Shown here piece by piece: positions 57,588-64,000 of a stretch of DNA of 64,000 nucleotides (within the stretch, counting starts at the first letter, position 1; the number at the start of each line of letters is the position of its first letter). The stretch is from assembly GCA_011391125.1 (NCBI GenBank), contig JAABRE010000015.1, forward strand, positions 3,700-67,699, read 5' to 3'. The position numbers were made by a program, and so were the translations under genes. This stretch comes from Synechococcales cyanobacterium S06 (lineage in GTDB: Bacteria; Cyanobacteriota; Cyanobacteriia; Cyanobacteriales; JAABRE01). The notes under the pieces were generated by a model that was given only the letters and a program-made list of their open reading frames with translations, did not search any database and was not told where the DNA came from.

Positions 57588-58466
57588 CTAGGGTGTAATC
57601 ATTGAACCAATACCATCATTAGTAAATATTTCTAATAATAAAGCATGGGGAATACGACCGTCAATAATATGGGCAGCTTTGACTCCTTGGGCAAGTGATC
57701 GCACGCAACAGGTAACTTTAGGGATCATACCACCGCTAACAATTCCTTCTTCAATCAATTCCCGCGCTTTTTGAATCGATAACCGAGTTAATAAGGTGGA
57801 AGGATCGTGATAATCTTCTAAAATACCGGGAGTATCAGTTAAAAGGATCATTTTTTCAGCACCTAAAGCTGCCGCCAATTCACCGGCCACTGTGTCAGCA
57901 TTAATATTATAGGCCTGTCCATTTTCATCCGCTGCAACACTAGAAATAATCGGAACATAACCTTTATCTACCAAAGATTCAATTAATCTTGGATCCACTG
58001 AAGTTATCTCGCCGACAAAACCAACGCCTTCTTGATCCACGGGACGAGCTTGAATCATATTACCATCTTTGCCACAAAGACCGACAGCTAAACCACCTGC
58101 GCTATTGATTAAAGATACAAGCTCCTTATTAACTCGGCCAACTAAGACCATTTCAACGACATCCATGGTGGGAGCATCTGTGACACGAAGACCATCTTTA
58201 AATTGGGGTTCAATGTTTAATTTAGCTAACCAACTATTGATTTCTGGTCCTCCTCCGTGAACAACAACTGGCCTCATACCAACACAGGAAAGGAAGACAA
58301 TATCACGAATTACCTTATCTTTAAGATTACTATTTTTCATGGCTGCTCCACCATATTTAATCACAATGGTGCGGCCGCTAAATTGTTGAATATAAGGGAG
58401 GGCTTCACTTAAAATTCTCACACGAGTTGCTTCTTCTTGACGGAAATATTCGCTTTCACTGCTCAT
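57588..58466 (-). CDS. argB: acetylglutamate kinase
   Basis: [18 protein letters not shown] and [12 protein letters not shown] blocks. 292 aa. Confidence 0.92.
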   Translation of the reverse strand: MSSESEYFRQEEATRVRILSEALPYIQQFSGRTIVIKYGGAAMKNSNLKDKVIRDIVFLSCVGMRPVVVHGGGPEINSWLAKLNIEPQFKDGLRVTDAPTMDVVEMVLVGRVNKELVSLINSAGGLAVGLCGKDGNMIQARPVDQEGVGFVGEITSVDPRLIESLVDKGYVPIISSVAADENGQAYNINADTVAGELAAALGAEKMILLTDTPGILEDYHDPSTLLTRLSIQKARELIEEGIVSGGMIPKVTCCVRSLAQGVKAAHIIDGRIPHALLLEIFTNDGIGSMITP

Positions 58467-58542
58467 GAATTTTACTAAATTATTTAGGATATTTAAACTC
58501 TATTTAATAATACTGGTTTAGGTTTTAAAGTAAAAAGCATAA

Positions 58543-59604
58543 TTACTTAGATTTCAGGGAATCTTGATAATTGATGAAGCGATCGCGTCCTTTTTTTTTC
58601 GCTTTATAAAGGGCTTTGTCAGCAAATTTGATCAACCATTGATGAGATTGTCTCGAATCTGGGATCAGACTAGCAATACCTAAACTAACGCTAACATAAG
58701 AGCTAATTTTTGATCCTTGATGGGGTATTTTTAAATCTTTAATTATTTGACGAATTATTTCAGCGACCTTAATTGCACCATTATTATCCGTATGGGGGAG
58801 AATAATCGCAAATTCTTCCCCCCCATAACGAGTTACTAAATCTTTTGGTCTTTTAACTGTTTTTTTCAAACTAGCGGCTATTTGCTTTAAACAGTCATCA
58901 CCAGCTTGATGTCCATAACTATCGTTATAGGATTTAAAATAATCCACATCACACATAATTAAGGAAATCCACTGTTTTTCCCTGGCCATTTGTTTCCATT
59001 CTCGTGATAAATATTCATCAAAATGACGTCGATTGGCAATTTGTGTTAAACCATCTAAAGTCGCTAAATTTTCTAATTCTTTGTTCTTAAGTTCTAATTG
59101 TTGATAAAGTTCTGTTACTAATTGGGTGGTTAATTGATGAATTTTTGATTGAGTAATTAATAATTGATGAATGTCTAAGATGCGATAAATTTTCGGCTCT
59201 ATTGCTACTATAATCGGCTCATCTAATAAATCTGGACTTCGTTGTAAAGCAATATTGGCAGTTTCTACTACTGAGGTCTGACTAGGTAAAATTAACATAT
59301 CAGTTTGTACAAAAGGATAAAGCACTTTTAAAGGCCTTTGTACAAATAAATCCAAACTATAGGGTTTGCTCATCTGTTCTAAAAACCGACGACGGGAAAT
59401 TATCCCCACTAAAAGGTTGTTTTCTGTCACGATTACTCCTGGTAATCTTGGCTCACTCTGAAATCTTTGATGGATTTTAGTTCCCGTGTCTGTTAGTTCA
59501 ATCTGAAAGTCATAAAGACACAATTCACCAATGGTTAACTCCACATTATAATTAGAATTACCATCAGACCAGGACCAGTTATCGAATAAATTATTAAAAT
59601 TCAC
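58543..59604 (-). CDS. diguanylate cyclase (GGDEF) with an N-terminal uncharacterised sensor region
   Basis: Active-site RYGGEEFAIIL, an upstream coiled-coil linker, and an inhibitory-site-like RPKD. Confidence 0.85.
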   Translation of the reverse strand: MNFNNLFDNWSWSDGNSNYNVELTIGELCLYDFQIELTDTGTKIHQRFQSEPRLPGVIVTENNLLVGIISRRRFLEQMSKPYSLDLFVQRPLKVLYPFVQTDMLILPSQTSVVETANIALQRSPDLLDEPIIVAIEPKIYRILDIHQLLITQSKIHQLTTQLVTELYQQLELKNKELENLATLDGLTQIANRRHFDEYLSREWKQMAREKQWISLIMCDVDYFKSYNDSYGHQAGDDCLKQIAASLKKTVKRPKDLVTRYGGEEFAIILPHTDNNGAIKVAEIIRQIIKDLKIPHQGSKISSYVSVSLGIASLIPDSRQSHQWLIKFADKALYKAKKKGRDRFINYQDSLKSK

Positions 59605-59662
59605 ACCGTCTAAAATAGACTTTCTCCATTTTGATTGGGGTTTTCACCTAGATAAACCATAT

Positions 59663-59743
59663 TTATAGTAATTCCAAATACAAATTAAACAATATAAAAC
59701 AAACCTATTTTTCAACTGTTCTAATCTTAATTGGAATTACTAT
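59663..59743. mobile_element. MITE, TATAGTAATTCCAA-terminus family (81-bp copy)
   Basis: Perfect 14-bp TIRs TATAGTAATTCCAA (59663-59676) and TTGGAATTACTATA (59730-59743). Confidence 0.8.
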
Positions 59744-59845
59744 AGCATTTTTAGTTGATATTTTGCCCTTTTCCCCCCTCTCCCTTTGGGATGAGGGGGG
59801 TTGGGGGGTGAGGGGGTATATAACACTTAATCAGAAAATGCTATA
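59740..59845. mobile_element. MITE, TATAGCATTTT-terminus family with a G-rich hairpin core, inserted at the terminal TA of the preceding MITE
   Basis: TIRs are TATAGCATTTT (59740-59750) and AAAATGCTATA (59835-59845). The core is CCCCCCTCTCCCTTTGGGATGAGGGGGGTTGGGGGGTGAGGGGG. Confidence 0.8.
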
Positions 59846-60053
59846 TAAAACTTTGAAACCCTTTTCTCTTAAACTTTTGACAAGAGCTCAAGGCCCTCTA
59901 AATTCCAGTTTATAACTGATTTATTGATCTGTGTGTGTGGTAAAATACCTAAACCCAGAAATCCCATTTCTTTCATTTTTGTTGTATCAAAATTTACTAA
60001 ACTAAAAATACAAATAGATTATTCTATATCAGTAAAGAAATAGTCTCTTAACC

Positions 60054-60998
60054 ATGCGAATTGAGCAGTTACAGTCTTTTTTAGCAGTCGCAGAAATGGG
60101 GAATTTTGGACAAGTCGCCCAAAAATTTCAAGTTACCCAATCAACTATTAGTCGTCAAATTCAAGCTTTGGAACAGGAGCTAGGACTCCCTTTATTTCAT
60201 CGCAGTAACCACGCTAAATTAACCGTCGGGGGGGAAAGATTATTATCGAGGGCCAAAAAAATTGTCGCCGAATGGGATACTGTAACTGCGGAATTTAACG
60301 ATTTAAAAGCGGGAAAACAGCCGGAATTATGCGTTGCTGCGATTCATTCCGTGTGTGCTTATTATTTGCCCCCGATTCTGCCCCAATTTTGCCGCGATTA
60401 CCCCGAAATTGAGCTACGAGTGACGGCCTTGGGGAGCGATCGCGCCTTAAAAGTTCTCCGAGATGGCTTGATTGATATCGCTATTGTCATGAATAATCGC
60501 TTTTTAACCACAAGTCCAGAAATGGTGGTTAAGGTGCTCTATGAAGAAACCATCGAAGTGTTGATGGCGGCATCTCATCCTTTGTCGCAATATCCGGAAG
60601 TTCCTTGGTCTGAGTTGGCAAATTATCCCCAAATTGTCTTTAAGGATGGCTACGGAATGCAACGTTTGGTCCAAGATTTATTTGCTCGTTACAACAAACC
60701 CCTGAAAATTGTCATGGAATTGAATACTTTGGACGCTTTCCGAGGTGTTGTCAGACAGGGCGAAATTATTGCTTTATTACCCCATGCAGCCCTAATTGAG
60801 GCTCGTTTTGACCCCACTTTGGCCGTTAGAAAAATTATTCCTCCTGAACATTTGCACAATGGCCAGACTAGCCCTGATTCTATTTTTACTCGTGAAGTGG
60901 TTTTGGTCACCACTGGCGATCGCCTCCAAATTCCTCCCATTGCCCATTTTTGTGATCTGGTTAAACAAATTGCCACCATGAGAGATAATAAGCTGTGA
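60054..60998 (+). CDS. LysR family transcriptional regulator
   Basis: N-terminal wHTH (FQVTQSTISRQIQALEQELGLPLF) plus a LysR substrate-binding domain. 314 aa. The subfamily (NtcB/CmpR/NdhR/RbcR) cannot be assigned by eye. Confidence 0.85.
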   Translation: MRIEQLQSFLAVAEMGNFGQVAQKFQVTQSTISRQIQALEQELGLPLFHRSNHAKLTVGGERLLSRAKKIVAEWDTVTAEFNDLKAGKQPELCVAAIHSVCAYYLPPILPQFCRDYPEIELRVTALGSDRALKVLRDGLIDIAIVMNNRFLTTSPEMVVKVLYEETIEVLMAASHPLSQYPEVPWSELANYPQIVFKDGYGMQRLVQDLFARYNKPLKIVMELNTLDAFRGVVRQGEIIALLPHAALIEARFDPTLAVRKIIPPEHLHNGQTSPDSIFTREVVLVTTGDRLQIPPIAHFCDLVKQIATMRDNKL

Positions 60999-61107
60999 GG
61001 CATTTAATTTTTACGGCTTGTGTTCTTAATCGCAATCACAAAAAGTAATTGATTTGTGTCGGAAATAAAGATAAATTCTTAGTCATTAATTTCCTTAACA
61101 ATTTATT

Positions 61108-62160
61108 ATGAGTAATCATTTTCGAGAATTATTAAAAAAAATAGGCAGTGGTCTCCATACGGGAAAAAATTTAAGTCGAGAAGAAGCCAAAGAAGCGACT
61201 AAAATGATGCTATTACAAGAAGCTACTCCTGCTCAAATTGGCGCTTTTATGATGGCTCATCGCATTAAAAGACCAACACCAGTGGAGTTGGCCGGAATGC
61301 TTGATGCATATCAGGAATTAGGACCTAAATTACTAACAGAAAATCTACCATTTGATCGCCCTATTGTGGTGTTTGGTAATCCCTACGATGGCCGAAATCG
61401 AACTTCGTCAGTTATGCCAATTACTGCTTTAATTTTAGCCTGTGCTGGTGTCCCAGTGCTAATGCACGGTGGCGATTCTATGCCTACAAAACATGGTATT
61501 CCTTTAATTAGAATGTGGCAAGAATTAGGAGTTAATTTTACCCATTTATCCCTCATTCAAACTAACAATTTAATCGCTAAAAGTGGGTTAGGATTTATCT
61601 ATTTACGACATAATTTTACCCTAGCTCAAAATTTAGTTCCCTATCGGGAAGAAATTGGGAAACGTCCTCCCTTTGCGACTTTAGAGTTAATTTGGTCACC
61701 CTGTTTGAGTAATTTTCATCTGGTTTCTGGGTTTGTTCATCCCCCCACAGAAGAGCGTTTTCTTGAAACATTTTCCCTGAGAAATGTTACCCAATTTACT
61801 ACTATTAAAGGATTGGAAGGAAGTTGCGATTTACCCCTAGGTCGTACCGCAATAATTGGTTTAGGTAAGGATGATTTTTCCCTAGAAAGATTACATTTAC
61901 ATCCCCAAGATTATGGTTTTCCTAACCATGATATTCCTTTAGAATCGGAAGAAAAACTGATAGAAAATCTGGCAAATATTATCAAAGGAAATACATCAGA
62001 ATTAACACCATTAGCTATTTATAACGCAGGTTTTTATCTCTGGAGGTTTGGTGTTTGTTCTGATTTAAAAACAGCTTTTACTCACGCTGAAACCATCATA
62101 AAAGAAGGGAAATTAAAAGATAAATTATTGAAAATACAAGCATTAATTAATAATCATTAA
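61108..62160 (+). CDS. anthranilate phosphoribosyltransferase-like (glycosyl transferase family 3, TrpD2-type) protein
   Basis: An N-terminal helical GT3 domain (LSREEAKEATKMMLLQEATPAQIGAFMMAHRIK) and a nucleoside phosphorylase-like body. Confidence 0.7.
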   Translation: MSNHFRELLKKIGSGLHTGKNLSREEAKEATKMMLLQEATPAQIGAFMMAHRIKRPTPVELAGMLDAYQELGPKLLTENLPFDRPIVVFGNPYDGRNRTSSVMPITALILACAGVPVLMHGGDSMPTKHGIPLIRMWQELGVNFTHLSLIQTNNLIAKSGLGFIYLRHNFTLAQNLVPYREEIGKRPPFATLELIWSPCLSNFHLVSGFVHPPTEERFLETFSLRNVTQFTTIKGLEGSCDLPLGRTAIIGLGKDDFSLERLHLHPQDYGFPNHDIPLESEEKLIENLANIIKGNTSELTPLAIYNAGFYLWRFGVCSDLKTAFTHAETIIKEGKLKDKLLKIQALINNH

Positions 62161-62307
62161 TGAAATAGACAAATAGGCTTTAATGATGATATTATTCTTG
62201 AATAAGTATTTTTTTTATTGCTCTAAATTGCCTAATATTCATCATTGATAGATGAATAAAATCCCACTAAAGACAACGTTGAATAATCTAAATAACAGGT
62301 AAAAAAC

Positions 62308-62625
62308 ATGAGTAAAGAAGTTCTCGATTTATTTTTTGAATCCTTAATGATGGATACAGCATTACAACAAACATTAATGAAAATAGATACCTTTGAGAAA
62401 TTCTCTGAATTGGCCCAAAAAGTAGGTGCAGAAAGAGGCTATATTTTTTCCGTTGAGGAAATGGAAGTTTATATTAAACGGGAAATGTTCCCAACTTCCA
62501 TGGTTGAAAAAGAAGCTGATTCAGAAAGTTGGTTAGAAACAGCCAAACCTTGGTTACAATTTATTAGTAAGTTAAAATGGGCTAGAGGAAAGAATAGTCA
62601 AGTCTGGGCAAGGTTTATTAATTAA
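62308..62625 (+). CDS. Nif11-like domain protein
   Basis: The N-terminal 60 aa or so resemble the Nif11 fold pattern (...ALQQTLMKIDTFEKFSELAQKVGAERGYIFSVEEME). There is no Gly-Gly leader cleavage motif. Confidence 0.5.
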   Translation: MSKEVLDLFFESLMMDTALQQTLMKIDTFEKFSELAQKVGAERGYIFSVEEMEVYIKREMFPTSMVEKEADSESWLETAKPWLQFISKLKWARGKNSQVWARFIN

Positions 62626-62715
62626 CATTAATAATCGTTATTTGTTGTTATTTTGAAGGAGTAAAAAGATAATAACTATGATTTGAATTATCTTTTTATT
62701 CCTTCATTTTTTCAC

Positions 62716-63036
62716 CTAATTACTACTTATTTTTTTCTCTAATTTTTCCCTCAATTGTTGAGATTGAAAGTTTTTTCTTCGAGAAGCTAAAATTAATTTA
62801 TAACTTGGCTCATCCTCATCTTGTGCTATTTCAACAATTCCCAACTGAACTAACTCCTCCAGAATTTTTACTATTTGGTCTTCTTCTTCTCCCATCTCGG
62901 TTTTAATTTGTCTTAATTTGCAAATAGATTGGCGACGCATCCAATTAGCTAATTTGCGTTGTTTCTCAGATAGATTGAGAAAACCAGCAAGACTTAATCC
63001 CTTGGTAGAAGAATCACATCTGTTGTCAGGAGTCAT
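62716..63036 (-). CDS. small predicted winged-helix protein, translationally coupled to the ParA/MinD-like gene
   Basis: 106 aa. Its ATG overlaps the upstream stop (TAATG). The central QIVKILEELVQLGIVEI segment is wHTH-like. Confidence 0.5.
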   Translation of the reverse strand: MTPDNRCDSSTKGLSLAGFLNLSEKQRKLANWMRRQSICKLRQIKTEMGEEEDQIVKILEELVQLGIVEIAQDEDEPSYKLILASRRKNFQSQQLREKLEKKISSN

Positions 63037-63812
63037 TATTCTCCTTGAAGACTAAGCGCAATTTTTTCCAATTCCTTAGTAAAAGGATGATCAGGGTAAC
63101 GTAAAGAGAAAATACCTTGACTTGCTAAACGAATCATCTCATTACAAATGGGAAGAATGGCTGTCACAGAAGCATTGTAAGTAAGTTCTACATTTTCTTT
63201 TAAAGCGTCAAAATCAAGATCAGGTAATACTTTATTAACCACTAACATTAATTTCGGAACGTCTAATTCTTTGGCAACTTCCACCGTTACAGCAGTTCCT
63301 TGATAGTCTTGATAATCGGGACGTAAAATAATTACAGTTACATCAGATAGACCAATGGAAATAATGGTTTCTTCATTTAATCCGGGGTGAGTATCAATTA
63401 ATAAATAATCTAACTTTAATTCCTTATTTAATTGTTGAAAACCTTGGTTAAGTAACTCTACATCATAGCCTTCACTAAGAATTTGCGCAATTTCATTTAC
63501 TTTAATACTCGAAGGAATTAAATAAACTTTACCTTCAATTTTTCCCTTTTCTCCTAACTCTTTTTGTAAGGTTTCTGTACAGTCATAAGCTGTTTTTTCG
63601 ATGTCACATTTACCCCATAAATAATCATTGAGAGTATAGGGCAATTTGCCTTCTTCCAGACCAAATAAAACATGAATACCGGGAGATTGAATATCAGTGT
63701 CAATGACTCCGACTCTTTGGCCATTTAAAGATAACAAAGCAGCCACATTTGCTGTTAAATTAGATTTACCTGTACCACCTCTAAACGAGTGAATTGAAAT
63801 AATTTTAGTCAT
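63036..63812 (-). CDS. ParA/MinD-family P-loop ATPase with a variant Walker A
   Basis: The deviant Walker A is SFRGGTGKSN (R in place of the usual signature K). Walker B is LLIDTHPG. 258 aa. Confidence 0.8.
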   Translation of the reverse strand: MTKIISIHSFRGGTGKSNLTANVAALLSLNGQRVGVIDTDIQSPGIHVLFGLEEGKLPYTLNDYLWGKCDIEKTAYDCTETLQKELGEKGKIEGKVYLIPSSIKVNEIAQILSEGYDVELLNQGFQQLNKELKLDYLLIDTHPGLNEETIISIGLSDVTVIILRPDYQDYQGTAVTVEVAKELDVPKLMLVVNKVLPDLDFDALKENVELTYNASVTAILPICNEMIRLASQGIFSLRYPDHPFTKELEKIALSLQGE

Positions 63813-64000
63813 GATTCATTTCCTTGGTAAAAATTAGATTTTTGATTAGTATTCTTTAAAGATTTTACCTTTTTTCTGATTCTTTGAAAAAAGGGCGTTG
63901 TCGTAATTTCCTCTACTTGACGAGCTTTTTTTACCTCATCAATGGAAATAGAAAGTTTTTCTTTAATTTTTATTTGACTTACTTTTAAAGCTTCAGCTTT
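63809..64000 (-). CDS. 3' end of an unidentified upstream gene (open to the window edge)
   Basis: The minus-strand frame is open from 64000 (...KAEALKVSQIKIKEKLSISIDEVKKARQVEEITTTPFF...). It ends in a TGA that overlaps the ParA-like ATG (ATGA). It is absent from the ORF track because it has no start in the window. Confidence 0.4.
   Translation of the reverse strand, partial: KAEALKVSQIKIKEKLSISIDEVKKARQVEEITTTPFFQRIRKKVKSLKNTNQKSNFYQGNES

Noticed and set aside
62308-62625. The Nif11-like protein as a RiPP precursor (Nif11-type leader peptide)
   Set aside because: There is no Gly-Gly cleavage motif or Cys/Ser/Thr-rich core. No maturation enzymes or peptidase-domain ABC exporter lie nearby.

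Overview
The window looks like chromosomal DNA from an AT-rich cyanobacterium. Evidence: frequent HIP1 GCGATCGC octamers, cyanophycin synthetase, ferredoxin-type NarB, GlpX-type FBP/SBPase, and heptamer tandem arrays at many gene boundaries. Most genes are housekeeping: cphA (5'-truncated), mrp/apbC, a SEDS protein, an M50 protease, cobK, ssb, hemA, queC/queE, nadC, hisIE, argB and tRNA-His.

Five accessory themes stand out:
1. A nitrate island at about 19.4-35.1 kb. It carries a complete membrane-bound respiratory-type nitrate reductase gene set in a permuted, co-directional order: narH-narJ-narI-narK-CMD-dihaem cytochrome c-[Rpn-like nuclease]-narG-CopD-like. A convergent YwiC-like gene flanks it. 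The assimilatory narB and its associated small protein lie 1.3 kb away. A roughly 56-bp promoter-like module occurs twice, upstream of narH and upstream of a small unknown ORF.
2. Decayed or peppered defence and mobile genes. One is an IscB-type RuvC/HNH gene that has lost its Arg-rich bridge region to a heptamer array and carries an in-frame TGA, but keeps a structured upstream region consistent with an omega/HEARO RNA. The other is a 1058-aa Type IIG-like nuclease-methyltransferase fusion with at least four in-frame insertions of small repeats.
3. A very dense small-repeat landscape. It includes three MITE families with TATAG termini and TA duplications, a 134-bp MITE caught as filled versus empty site inside this window, hairpin-tag repeats, and a G-tract/C-tract block.
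4. An orphan 759-aa protein with a Gly-rich N-terminus, a coiled coil and a partial WD40 C-terminus.
5. A translationally coupled ParA/MinD-like operon cut by the right edge.

No rRNA and no CRISPR array were seen. All functional calls come from motif recognition by eye; no database search was run.
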